A DNA stretch of 64,000 nt from a virus (Duplodnaviria; Caudoviricetes): IMG/VR virus record IMGVR_UViG_3300031998_000004. The stretch is one strand, 5' to 3'. Shown one piece after another: positions 20,721-30,562 of this stretch. Under the pieces are notes generated by a model, which was not told the origin of the DNA, did no database searches, and saw only the letters and a program-made list of their open reading frames with translations. Within the stretch, counting starts at the first letter, position 1. Each line of letters starts with the position of its first letter. A program made the position numbers and the translations under genes.

Positions 20721-21293
20721 TTATTTAAACCAATTATAGGAGCGCTTGGCGTCAATCGGCCATATTTCATCCAATATGTTTTTAAACAACGGAATATACT
20801 TTAATTTAGCACCATCAATAAAACGCCTTTCACCAATAGCAACTTCGCGAGCAACTGATGGCCATAAGCGATAAAATTTTTCCCATTCTTTGTTAGAACG
20901 TTTCATAGATGGTACACGAATGCGTTGGTGCCTATCATTTCTATCAAATTTGGAGTCATCCATAGCTAACTTTTCTCTGATTGAAGGGTAATCTCCTTCT
21001 TGAATGTCATAATCGGCAACCTTTTTGTATTCATGCTCGTAGCTGGGGGAATTTGGATTGATTACTTCAAGACAATATGGGTTATTCCACAATTCAAACT
21101 CTTCCTTAATGACTTTTTTTATTTCGTCCTCAAGAGTTTCTTGTGATTTCCGCATAAATTCTTCGTTATCGTCGTATTTAGTGAAAAAATTATCAGGTCT
21201 AAAAGACCTTTCTGCGGTTTTCATATAATTGTAATCAACCCCTTTATGATAAGGGTTGATTCTTCTTTGTGGGCGATATTTACTTCCTTGCAT
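20721..21293 (-). CDS. Hypothetical protein
   Basis: ORF packing. Confidence 0.6.
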   Translation of the reverse strand: MQGSKYRPQRRINPYHKGVDYNYMKTAERSFRPDNFFTKYDDNEEFMRKSQETLEDEIKKVIKEEFELWNNPYCLEVINPNSPSYEHEYKKVADYDIQEGDYPSIREKLAMDDSKFDRNDRHQRIRVPSMKRSNKEWEKFYRLWPSVAREVAIGERRFIDGAKLKYIPLFKNILDEIWPIDAKRSYNWFK

Positions 21294-21326
21294 AAGGCAA
21301 ACGAGCGTAAAGATTATATACTCTTA

Positions 21327-22163
21327 TTATAACGTTCCGTTAAATTCTTTCTCCGCAGTCTTCTTTTCGAGCAGAGCCTTTCGCTCTTCAGCACTCTCCA
21401 GTGCACGGAAGTCACAAGTCTTGATCTTCGTCATGATCCTACCACCGTTCCTCTTCAGTAATCCAAGAGGCATCTTGAGAACCAAACCTTCAGCATCATA
21501 GTCTTTGTTCTGTGCGATGGTAGACTTGAAGCCTTTTTTGACATACTCGATGGCTTCGTCAATGGTGAAGTAACCGATCACGGGCACAATATCCATACCA
21601 AGTCGCCCCGCAATATCTTCAAGAGACTCACGCTCAAGCCAGAACTTACCGATCTGGATATCGAAGAGTCGGAAGTCTACATCGTCCTTGATATAGTTTC
21701 CACCCTTCTGAATACCAGCACCATAACCTTCACCATAGAGAATGATAGTGTCAGTAGGACCTACACCATCGCGAGTGAAGACCTCAACGAGCTTCTCGAC
21801 CGGCCACTTCTCATAGATATTCTTCAAGAGCTTGTCATTGAGTTGTGCTTTAGTGGTCTTACCGTGGACCTCCATTTTATATTCATATTTAGGAGAACCA
21901 CCATTAGGATCAACTGGACCTATTTCAGGAATAATATAGATACTCATATTCGTACCATCTACTTTTTCGGTACACTCAAACTTGATTCCGGTCTTCCTTG
22001 CCCAGTCGAATACCGGATCAACAAGGGATTCATCAGGACGGATACAGTTGTAGTAAGGGGAGGTTTTGTCCATCTCCCTCTTAAAACAAGTGTCAATATG
22101 TGGATAAGTCCTGTGAAGTGCTTCAGATACTGTGTTATTCATCTTCTTTACAAATTTTTTCAT
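21327..22163 (-). CDS. ATP-dependent RNA ligase (Rnl2-like nucleotidyltransferase)
   Basis: Motif I EKVDGTN, GEGYG, FRLFDI, EGLVLK, TKIK. Confidence 0.85.
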   Translation of the reverse strand: MKKFVKKMNNTVSEALHRTYPHIDTCFKREMDKTSPYYNCIRPDESLVDPVFDWARKTGIKFECTEKVDGTNMSIYIIPEIGPVDPNGGSPKYEYKMEVHGKTTKAQLNDKLLKNIYEKWPVEKLVEVFTRDGVGPTDTIILYGEGYGAGIQKGGNYIKDDVDFRLFDIQIGKFWLERESLEDIAGRLGMDIVPVIGYFTIDEAIEYVKKGFKSTIAQNKDYDAEGLVLKMPLGLLKRNGGRIMTKIKTCDFRALESAEERKALLEKKTAEKEFNGTL

Positions 22164-22368
22164 ACATTCGCTTTGACTGTTCTATAGCATCTGTCATTGT
22201 TCGAACAGTATCGCAATTTGACCAAATTAAAATAGCTCCAAAAAATATGAGGTCTTTTTCTGTTAGCATAGCTCCTATTTTTAGTTTATATTTAATTATC
22301 AAATTTCTTCGTAATCTTTAATCTTCGAATTCTGGAGGAAAAGATTCATTTATCATATTAAATATTTT

Positions 22369-22962
22369 TTATTTATCTTTTGAATCATCCAATACATATA
22401 TCTTATTCAGGTTTCTTCCTAGGCCATCATAGTCAAGTCCATAACCAACCACAAAATCATCGTCTATAACTATACCGATCATCCAGTGATCGAAATAATC
22501 TCCACGTAAGAAACCCCAGTGAGAAAAATCCGGATGTCTTTCTTTATATACTTCAATCTTAAAGAGAAGGGCTGCTGTGACTACATCTGCAGCACCGTAA
22601 CTACGGAAATAATTATTCAAGTAATCAATAGTGGCTCCTGTATCTATGATATCTTCTACTATAACTACCTTTCGTCCTCGTACTGTGTTGTCTGGATGCT
22701 TCTCAAACTTAATCTCTTCGCGTTCTGTTCCGTTATATGATTTAATCTTCACAGTATCAAAGAGAACGGGGAACTTGAGTTTGGTGAGCAGTGAAGCAGC
22801 GAACGGAACAGCACCGTTCAGGACAGTTACAAAAAGCACTGGTTCGGTTTCGTGTTTGAATTTTTCATTAAGTGCAGCTGCCACATTCCTTGTTGCTTCT
22901 TCAATATGTGGGGTGGAAATAAGAGCTTTGAATGTCTTGTCTTTAAGTGTTACTCGTTTCAT
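22369..22962 (-). CDS. hpt: Hypoxanthine/purine phosphoribosyltransferase
   Basis: VLNG, VIVEDIIDTGAT PRPP loop, FVVGYGLDY...RNL. Confidence 0.9.
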   Translation of the reverse strand: MKRVTLKDKTFKALISTPHIEEATRNVAAALNEKFKHETEPVLFVTVLNGAVPFAASLLTKLKFPVLFDTVKIKSYNGTEREEIKFEKHPDNTVRGRKVVIVEDIIDTGATIDYLNNYFRSYGAADVVTAALLFKIEVYKERHPDFSHWGFLRGDYFDHWMIGIVIDDDFVVGYGLDYDGLGRNLNKIYVLDDSKDK

Positions 22963-23330
22963 GCCTGTCCCTCCTCGTTAAGCCAATCGTATAATTCTTG
23001 ACTTTCGTATATGGTGTCAAGATCATTATCTGAAAGTATAGTACTTAATAGATTCTCGTGTGTTGACTTATGTGTCATAATCAAGTCTTTTAGTTCGTTA
23101 AGTCCATCCTTAGAAATGGGTTCAAACCAACTCCCGTCCTTGAGTCTCACACCATAACGATAACTAGAATTGGAACGATCCCAAATCATGATAATATCGT
23201 TAACGTTAATAACTAATGTACTATCCTGTCCTCCGAGTCCATCAAACCCATCTTCTATCTCGACCCAAGGCCAATTTACTCTTTTGATATACTTCTTTCT
23301 CATATAATATAGTTTATTCTGTGTCTCCAA
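22959..23330 (-). CDS. Hypothetical protein
   Basis: ORF packing. Confidence 0.55.
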   Translation of the reverse strand: METQNKLYYMRKKYIKRVNWPWVEIEDGFDGLGGQDSTLVINVNDIIMIWDRSNSSYRYGVRLKDGSWFEPISKDGLNELKDLIMTHKSTHENLLSTILSDNDLDTIYESQELYDWLNEEGQA

Positions 23331-23928
23331 TTATCAATTCATGTGCGTATGGAAGCCCTTCAATCCATCTCAAGAACTCTCCCCAGTCCTCTTTCAACTT
23401 ATGTCCACGTCTCTGAAAGTATATAGTCTGAAGTTGTTTGTAGTTAGTTGAGCACCTCTCCCACATCTCAAGTCCGGCAGGACAGTTACTTACAACTCTC
23501 ATCCATGCTTCGTACTGATCTTCTGGAGTTCCTGAATCACAAACGATATTATAATCTGTAATTAGTTTTTTCATTTGGAGAACAGATACTGCAGTGACAT
23601 ACTTATTACAACATTTGGTGAAATCCATCTTGGTCAAGCGATGCATCTTCGACATGGAAGTGACTATATCCAAAAAGTGATAACGCTGCAATTCTGGAGA
23701 GATATACTGCGGATACTTGAGGTCAAATGAGACTCGGATTCCTGTTAGGAAATTATCGTGGCATTTCACAATACCATTTTTGCTTGCCTGGACTAATTTC
23801 TTTGCTCTTTCGAATGACTTCTGAAAATCTTCTTCGGAATAGTCAGAGAGCTCAAGTCGCATAGCATTACGGCACGCTATAATCGATTCTTTGAGGTCAT
23901 AAACTTTCGTATTTCGAATTTCTAGCAT
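23314..23928 (-). CDS. ThyX-fold (flavin-dependent thymidylate synthase-like) phage protein
   Basis: HDNFL, ELQRYHF...SMSKMH, NYKQL..IY.QR..H.L.EDW pattern; canonical RHR motif is divergent. Confidence 0.5.
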   Translation of the reverse strand: MLEIRNTKVYDLKESIIACRNAMRLELSDYSEEDFQKSFERAKKLVQASKNGIVKCHDNFLTGIRVSFDLKYPQYISPELQRYHFLDIVTSMSKMHRLTKMDFTKCCNKYVTAVSVLQMKKLITDYNIVCDSGTPEDQYEAWMRVVSNCPAGLEMWERCSTNYKQLQTIYFQRRGHKLKEDWGEFLRWIEGLPYAHELIIGDTE

Positions 23929-23977
23929 AGGCCTATATAATTTATCATATTTTGGATTACTTGTGATTTAAACGAAT

Positions 23978-24781
23978 TTAAACGCATTTCTTGTCGTTCC
24001 AAATCCTGATATGGATTCGGTCGGAATATGACCATCCGTTGGCGAGTGCTGCTTCTGCTGTCTCAAGACACCTACCGGCTATCTGTTCCTGTGTAACTCC
24101 TTCAGGCATCAACCAAGTGTTTTTGTTGGGATTGTTTCTCTGCCAATATTTAATTTCGTTGGTATCACCAAGATTAACAAATTTAGATATTTTGGAGTAT
24201 ATATCCTGTATCTCATCAATACACTCAGGACCACTATAGACAAACTTAAACTGATAAGGAACGCCGCTTGTAATTACATTAAAGAGGTTCTTATAATTGA
24301 TTCTCAATTCATCATGTCTCTTTGCTTGTTCTTCTGTAAGGAATTTATGTGCTGTGTCCACACTGGTTGCGAGTTTTGGAGATACACTATAAAGAGAAAT
24401 CTTAAACCCTTTTGTCAGTGGACCAAAAACAGGGAATGTTCCGTTTGTCTCAATAGTTACGATCCAATCATTTTTAATCTGGAATATATCGGTCAAAAAA
24501 TCCTTTAATCCCTCTCTCTGTAGAAACGGCTCACCACCAGTAATAACAATATGTGTGGTGCGGGGATGTTCTTTTGAAATCTTTATAAAAGCATCAATCA
24601 AGTCTTGCTCGTTTGAGTAAATTGGTTTCTCTGGGTGGAAAGAACTGTACGCGGTATCACAAATAGAATCCTTAAATACACATCTAAGATTACAGCCTGT
24701 GGTTCTTACGAAGATTGAAGGTACTCCCATGTACCTTCCTTCACCCTGAATTGAATGAAATAACTCTATGATATTCAACAT
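23978..24781 (-). CDS. queE: 7-carboxy-7-deazaguanine synthase (radical SAM)
   Basis: ELFHSIQGEG, GCNLRC...CDT, ITGGEP, IETNGT, SPKL. Confidence 0.92.
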   Translation of the reverse strand: MLNIIELFHSIQGEGRYMGVPSIFVRTTGCNLRCVFKDSICDTAYSSFHPEKPIYSNEQDLIDAFIKISKEHPRTTHIVITGGEPFLQREGLKDFLTDIFQIKNDWIVTIETNGTFPVFGPLTKGFKISLYSVSPKLATSVDTAHKFLTEEQAKRHDELRINYKNLFNVITSGVPYQFKFVYSGPECIDEIQDIYSKISKFVNLGDTNEIKYWQRNNPNKNTWLMPEGVTQEQIAGRCLETAEAALANGWSYSDRIHIRIWNDKKCV

Positions 24782-24782
24782 A

Positions 24783-25376
24783 TTACTTAAGTTTAATTTG
24801 CTGTTTAACGGAAGGATTAGTAATGTATTTGCCAGTACTAATAAAATCCCTCAATGTCTGCGACCAATCTCTCTTAACTCCCTCCGAGAATACTATTTCG
24901 TCTTCCCACTGGTCTAACCAGTTAATATCTTCATCAAACTGATCACACCTGGCCATACCAGTGACCGTCTCGTTATACTCTACTCCGATACAACGAATTG
25001 CACCCTCACCATTCTCAAACTGAGTATTGTCAAGAATCCTATTAATGTAATGCATGATGAAGATACTTAACATCTCTGCACTAGGGTTAAATGGAATAAG
25101 GATGTACCTGTCGTTGAACTTTTTGAAGAACTCAACATACTCAGGATCGTCCTTTGTACAAATCAGGGCGCAGTGGTCCATAGAATCTATCCAAGAGCCA
25201 ATAGTATTTTTCATTAATCCAAAGTCCATCAACATCTGTGCATTATCAAGCTGACGACCTTCAAAGAACACATCAATCACGGCACTATGACCATGATGTG
25301 AATGAGAACAGCGATAAGAACTACATGATCTAACAATATGAGAACTTTCACAACGGTAACGTTTTCTGATTATCAT
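24783..25376 (-). CDS. queD: 6-carboxytetrahydropterin synthase
   Basis: ESSH...C...HGHS, MDFG..K, DH, NPSAE; adjacent to queE. Confidence 0.88.
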   Translation of the reverse strand: MIIRKRYRCESSHIVRSCSSYRCSHSHHGHSAVIDVFFEGRQLDNAQMLMDFGLMKNTIGSWIDSMDHCALICTKDDPEYVEFFKKFNDRYILIPFNPSAEMLSIFIMHYINRILDNTQFENGEGAIRCIGVEYNETVTGMARCDQFDEDINWLDQWEDEIVFSEGVKRDWSQTLRDFISTGKYITNPSVKQQIKLK

Positions 25377-25402
25377 AACATAAATATATTTGTAAAAATA
25401 TA

Positions 25403-25610
25403 TTAAATAATGTCTTTAACTTTATTTATCAATATATCTATGTCACAAGTAAATACTTCCATCCAATTGAGATTATGATCTTTGGCCCATTGTCTTTTTA
25501 TGGGATCTCTTTCAGTCCATGTTTTTATTTTATCATGATAATTTTTCTTATATAAACGAATTTGCACTAAATTGACCACGTTTAAGAGTTTTTATATCAG
25601 GTATAATCAT
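25403..25610 (-). pseudogene. Internally deleted, frameshifted homing-endonuclease remnant
   Basis: MIIPDIKTLKRGQFSANSFI, then after a 1-nt shift KKNY-HDKIKTWTERDPIKRQWAKDHNLNWMEVF; N-terminus parallels MIIPETFNTRGQRTESFIKKNY of 56990-58768. Confidence 0.7.
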
Positions 25611-25714
25611 ATAAATAAAAAATGTAACGTTCAATGTATCAATTGGTTATATTAAAATAATAATTTAAAATTTAGTGTCTTAAAATATTTGAAGTCCTTT
25701 TGTTATTTATATTC

Positions 25715-26152
25715 ATGAGTATATTTGATAATGACATAATAGAAAGACCCCTCCACGTAAGAGACGGATTTGACATTCGTATAGAGGAGTTTAATCGTCA
25801 TTGTTTTTATACATGGGTGTGGGAAAAGAAGGGAATTCATTGTTCTGGCGGTCATCCTGTTGGTGTTACATTACAGACCCTAACGGATGCCGTAACAGAC
25901 ACTTTGGGTGACCTCTCTGTGGATAACTTTGAAAAATGGATCACTGAAGCTCAGATTGGAGGACCCAAAATTGGAGCCGCAAAACACGCCATAAAATACT
26001 TCAAGAAACTCATTAAGAGAGAATATTGGAGGAGTCTGGGAGCCTTTGTAGAAAACGGAATCTTTGAATTTTACGTACGCGATGATGCGTTTGATGCCTG
26101 GGCTCTCCGGAGCGCTCTCCCTATTATGAGAATAATATTTTACAGAAAGTAA
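25715..26152 (+). CDS. MSIFD-motif family protein
   Basis: Starts MSIFDNDII. Confidence 0.7.
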   Translation: MSIFDNDIIERPLHVRDGFDIRIEEFNRHCFYTWVWEKKGIHCSGGHPVGVTLQTLTDAVTDTLGDLSVDNFEKWITEAQIGGPKIGAAKHAIKYFKKLIKREYWRSLGAFVENGIFEFYVRDDAFDAWALRSALPIMRIIFYRK

Positions 26153-26583
26153 TGGGAATATTTGATGTAAAAGAAAATATCAAACGAGAGTTTACTGTTG
26201 GAGACGTGTATGATGTGGATGTGGTAGATCTCGGAATGTCAGGAACCCTCGATGATAACGCTCGTCTGGTTTTCAAAGGATATAGTCTTGATGAAGTGCT
26301 AGGCGAGATGAAACAAACCAAACTCAAGACATTTGAAAGGTTCTTTAAGAAACCCACTTGGATATGGATAAGTGATTTTAAGTTCATTACCCTAACAGGT
26401 TGGAGACTAAAACGGTGGCTAGGGAAGTGGGTGAAAAAGAGATATATCACTGATCCGGATAATCTTCGTACCGACGTTCTCGGTGCTATTAAAGGAGTAT
26501 ATGTGTATAACGGTGAGATTATAGAATGGGCCACCGAGGCTTGTTTTTGGTTTAGGTTTTGTAAAAAAGAAGCCGATTTCTAA
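26152..26583 (+). CDS. MSIFD-motif family protein (MGIFD)
   Basis: Starts MGIFDVKENI; TAATG overlap. Confidence 0.65.
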   Translation: MGIFDVKENIKREFTVGDVYDVDVVDLGMSGTLDDNARLVFKGYSLDEVLGEMKQTKLKTFERFFKKPTWIWISDFKFITLTGWRLKRWLGKWVKKRYITDPDNLRTDVLGAIKGVYVYNGEIIEWATEACFWFRFCKKEADF

Positions 26584-27447
26584 TTACGAATCATCTATCC
26601 TATAAAATTTCTTATACTTCTCCTTTACCATAACAGAAGTTAGTTCTTTTATAAGTTTCCTGGCGTACTCGTCTACTTCTGGTCTTTTGTTGTTATATAT
26701 ATAGAAATAAGAAAGATTGCTATATCGACGGCAGTTTGCGTTTGGACCACCACGGAAATATTTTTGTCTAATGTATTCCCCTATTGTTTTTGTTGGATAG
26801 TGATTTATCCAAGCATTGGTATATATGGATTGATCATGAGTATCTAAACAAATAGCTTGAAAACTATTATTACACGGAACTCCACCAGCACTCACCGCAG
26901 ATAAATTTTTATTTTCATAATATCCGTGCCCAGTTACTTCTCCCCCAGTATAATCAATACTCCCCCTAATAAATGATTTTGCATAGTTCTCTTCCCTAGA
27001 TATGTGTATATCCTTAAATCTAGATACTACAGAATAATTTCCATTAATTACATCCAAATCGGTGTTTGTTGTATATATCTTCCAACACAATCTAATAACA
27101 TCGACTTTTTCGAATAGAGAGTCGTTCAAAAATTCTTTTATATTGTTATGATATTTCGGTTCTAACACAACGAACTCATCAATATCAATAAACAATAACC
27201 AATCAAAACCCTTCTTATATTTTAAGAAAGCTTCAGTATATGCTCGGGGTTGGACACTTTCAATGTTCAAATAGTCTAATATTATAACTTTATCGTTTTT
27301 TATTATATCACTCACTTTTTCTCCGGAATCGTCATCGTTGTTGTCACATATGATAATTGTATCAAATCCCAGTCCGAGATGATAATCAATCCACTCATTG
27401 ATATATAAGTTCTCTTGTCTGGCTATAGCTATTATTCCTACTTTCAT
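26584..27447 (-). CDS. GT-A fold glycosyltransferase (GT2/GT92-like)
   Basis: EN.YI.EW..YH..LGFD..I.DN, WLLFIDIDEF (DxD), INHY; start at MKVGIIAI. Confidence 0.85.
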   Translation of the reverse strand: MKVGIIAIARQENLYINEWIDYHLGLGFDTIIICDNNDDDSGEKVSDIIKNDKVIILDYLNIESVQPRAYTEAFLKYKKGFDWLLFIDIDEFVVLEPKYHNNIKEFLNDSLFEKVDVIRLCWKIYTTNTDLDVINGNYSVVSRFKDIHISREENYAKSFIRGSIDYTGGEVTGHGYYENKNLSAVSAGGVPCNNSFQAICLDTHDQSIYTNAWINHYPTKTIGEYIRQKYFRGGPNANCRRYSNLSYFYIYNNKRPEVDEYARKLIKELTSVMVKEKYKKFYRIDDS

Positions 27448-27509
27448 ACATAAAATAATAAAGGCCTTTCTTTCGAAAGACCTTAAAAAATAGAAATCAT
27501 ATTGACTAA

Positions 27510-28574
27510 TTAAGCGTTTTGAACTGTCCACCCAGCAGGAATACCGTCTACTCCTTCTGTCCAATCAGTCATAGAACTTGCTTTAACAAATGTACCGGTT
27601 GATGAAACTCCATCCACCCAGCTGGATGTGCAATACTGCGCAGAAATATCAGTTGCGAGACATTTTATATAATTAAGACTTGTGCATCCGGCAAACATAC
27701 TATGACACATCTCATATGGTAGTGTTGCTAATGAAATGACAGGAGCTGTTGTTAAATTAGTGCATCCATAAAACATTTGATTATATAATCCTTCTTTCGT
27801 AGATGCGGGAAGTATTAAATTAGCTGCAGAAATTAGATAAGTATCTTCATAAAACATACAATAAAAATCCCATCCGAACCGTACGGTGGGCTCTTTGCCT
27901 ACGAAATTGTCTCCCCATTCCAATGATAATATATTTCCATAAATTTCATAATCTGCAGTACTTCCGTCTAAAATAGATGTAGATGTACTCGACCCCATTG
28001 CCCCACTATATGTTGATCTAAATTGAATGGTGTCGTTTTCATTTACGGCAATAGTGACATTTGATTCAGGGTTAGATGGGGTCGTCCATTCCTGGTTATT
28101 GAGTTTATAATCAAAACTTGCAGAATCGTCATAATATCGTGATCCACCAAACACTATATTACCATTACCTAAAGCCTTCACCGTAAAGTACATGAGTGAA
28201 TAGTCGGGCTCTAATGTAACAGTCTCTGTATGATCCGCGTTTAGTGTATACGTTCCGGATTGAGTCGTATAACCAGTCTTACTAACTGACCAAGTTATTT
28301 CTGTTCCTGCTGCTGCGGTAAGAGATGTTCTTTCTGATCCATTAATCACTACAGTTGCATCGTTTGGAGTAGCTGTAATAGTGAAGGTAAAATCAGTAAC
28401 TAAACCAATCTCTTCGGCTATTACTTCCGTGGGAACTGATCTGGTTATCAGACCCAAGTCTTTTAAGGTATCTATATCACCAGCACTAGTAATGTATGCT
28501 AGTATATTTTCAGCAGGAACTACGTGAGTTACATACTTAAAGATTTTTAATTCGTTGATGTTGTCTGTATTCAT
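27510..28574 (-). CDS. Ig/PEGA-like plus BspA-type leucine-rich-repeat protein, probably virion-surface
   Basis: TITATPNDATVVING domain; MFYGCTNLTTAP and MFAGCTSLNYI repeats. Confidence 0.7.
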   Translation of the reverse strand: MNTDNINELKIFKYVTHVVPAENILAYITSAGDIDTLKDLGLITRSVPTEVIAEEIGLVTDFTFTITATPNDATVVINGSERTSLTAAAGTEITWSVSKTGYTTQSGTYTLNADHTETVTLEPDYSLMYFTVKALGNGNIVFGGSRYYDDSASFDYKLNNQEWTTPSNPESNVTIAVNENDTIQFRSTYSGAMGSSTSTSILDGSTADYEIYGNILSLEWGDNFVGKEPTVRFGWDFYCMFYEDTYLISAANLILPASTKEGLYNQMFYGCTNLTTAPVISLATLPYEMCHSMFAGCTSLNYIKCLATDISAQYCTSSWVDGVSSTGTFVKASSMTDWTEGVDGIPAGWTVQNA

Positions 28575-28607
28575 TTCGAAATATTTTATTTATAAACAAA
28601 TAATCAT

Positions 28608-28639
28608 AAAAAAAGACCCTCTCTGAAAGAGAAGGTCTT
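28608..28639 (-). terminator. Intrinsic terminator
   Basis: AAGACCCTCTCT-GAA-AGAGAAGGTCTT with an adjacent A-run. Confidence 0.65.
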
Positions 28640-28665
28640 GTGTAGTGGAATGGTAGATACTATCT

Positions 28666-29919
28666 TTATTCAGCATCTGCGAGTTTTGCAGCGAGCTCAC
28701 TAAGGATTGCGAGCTTGGCGGGATCGTTCTTGAACTTCTCAGTCAAAGCAGCGATTCTCTCTTTGTAACCATTCTTTTCGTTTAACTTTGCTTCTTCCTC
28801 AAGTCTCTTCTTCTCTTCCTCATCAACATTTGCCATGTGAGCCTGAACAGCTTCGGTATAAACCTGACCGAGTTCTACATTGGTCTTTGATTTGATGAAT
28901 GAAAGTGTTGAGACAGCGTTCTCGTTAACCGTCCATTTCATGTTGTGATTTGACTGAAGGAGTGTTGCATAGAGGTCGGTACCACTCTCGATAACAACGA
29001 ACCTATCCCGGTTGGTTGTGTAGATAGCGGTATTGTCGAGATTTGCAATGCTCTTGTAGTTCTCAAAGGTAAGAGCGAGTGCTTCAAGCGCACTAGCGAT
29101 ACTACGATTAACACTACCAGCAACTACAAGATTGTTGTGCTCACGGAGTTCAGCGGGAGTCTCAAAGACATTCTCGATTCCGTTGATTCCAACGCGCTTG
29201 CAAGTGATCTTCTCGTCGGCTTCGCTGATTGTGTACTCACCGTTACCGATCTTTGCAGTAAGTGTGCCCTGATCAAAGGTTACCATGTTGCTCTCAAGGA
29301 GTGAAGAGACAGTCTTGAAGGTGTTTGAAACTTCATTCCATCCAGCTTCCTGGATCTTCTTGCTCTCGTCAATCTTATATACTGTACCAGCAACCTCAAA
29401 GAGGAATCCATCACCAGCATTTTCAATAAGAGAAATTGGATGAACTGCTGTGTAGTCGGCTGTTGACTCAACGATTGGAGTATCAGCGTAAACCTGTTTT
29501 GCGATATTTCTGAATGCTTCGCAGAACATAACATTCTTCAATGCACCAGCTTTGATGTACTTAACAACGGTCTCTTCGTCGGCTTCAAGAAGGTTCTCTA
29601 CCTGCTTTGCAGCATTACGGTTGAGGTAGTTGTAAGAAGCACCATTACCATTAATACTCTCACATGCGGTTGCAAGTGCCCAGCTTGTCTTGTTGCTTGA
29701 AATATAATCGGAGACCTGTTCGAGAACAGCGTTAACTCCGTTATCAAAGCGCATTGTTGCAGCTTCCTTAACAAACTGATTTACAAGTCCGCAAGTAGCA
29801 TTATTAGCCATCAAGAATGACTTGTATTTGTTTAACATATCGTTACCACTCTGAGTCTGACCGGCCGACTCATTCAAAATAGAAGCAAATTCTAATCCGG
29901 CTAATATCTTAACGTTCAT
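28666..29919 (-). CDS. Putative head/prohead-core protein
   Basis: Multiple (L/I/V)xE sites (LNES, LLEA, IVES, LLES); strongly biased codons; own terminator. Confidence 0.45.
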   Translation of the reverse strand: MNVKILAGLEFASILNESAGQTQSGNDMLNKYKSFLMANNATCGLVNQFVKEAATMRFDNGVNAVLEQVSDYISSNKTSWALATACESINGNGASYNYLNRNAAKQVENLLEADEETVVKYIKAGALKNVMFCEAFRNIAKQVYADTPIVESTADYTAVHPISLIENAGDGFLFEVAGTVYKIDESKKIQEAGWNEVSNTFKTVSSLLESNMVTFDQGTLTAKIGNGEYTISEADEKITCKRVGINGIENVFETPAELREHNNLVVAGSVNRSIASALEALALTFENYKSIANLDNTAIYTTNRDRFVVIESGTDLYATLLQSNHNMKWTVNENAVSTLSFIKSKTNVELGQVYTEAVQAHMANVDEEEKKRLEEEAKLNEKNGYKERIAALTEKFKNDPAKLAILSELAAKLADAE

Positions 29920-29956
29920 ATTTATTTGGTATGTTTATTTATCTAATAATAAATGT

Positions 29957-30562
29957 CTATATATCTTTTATTGACAAATCTGTCAGAAGCGTCCATATAC
30001 CATTTATGTATTTGTTAACATCAGAACGAGCAACTATACTAATTTCTATTTTATCAGTATCTAGTCCTTTCCAATTTTTATTTCCCACTTTTATGTCTTT
30101 ATGTCTCAAAGTTTCCGGGTCTAAACTATTGTCGATATATGATATATACACTTCTATTTTAGACCTTACCGGAGTATTTCCCCACTTGGTTCCTTCAGGC
30201 CATATAATTCCCGCTTCTTCCAATATATCGTTTAATGCTGTTGTATCTAACTCAGAGTCATTCGCGAGTTTCTGATGGTCTTTAAGTGTACTCGGTATTA
30301 CAATAGTGTTTTTGAGAATAATCGCAATAAACTTTTGAAGGTCCGGTGGGAATGTGGTTTTGGAAAAATTCTTATTAAATGTCGGAGACCCATCTAATAC
30401 CCACTTCTTCTTCACAGCACCTTGTGCAAAGTAATGAGTCCACCCTCCATCACGCGAATCTTTGAACTTCTTTATATGTCCACCAAATAACGCATATAAA
30501 GAAGTTATATCATCTTCTGCTAGATTCTTATCAAACAAACTTTCTCTTAAACTTTTCATCAA
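29957..30562 (-). CDS. MKxLxE-SLFD family protein
   Basis: Starts MMKSLRESLFDKNL. Confidence 0.75.
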   Translation of the reverse strand: MMKSLRESLFDKNLAEDDITSLYALFGGHIKKFKDSRDGGWTHYFAQGAVKKKWVLDGSPTFNKNFSKTTFPPDLQKFIAIILKNTIVIPSTLKDHQKLANDSELDTTALNDILEEAGIIWPEGTKWGNTPVRSKIEVYISYIDNSLDPETLRHKDIKVGNKNWKGLDTDKIEISIVARSDVNKYINGIWTLLTDLSIKDI

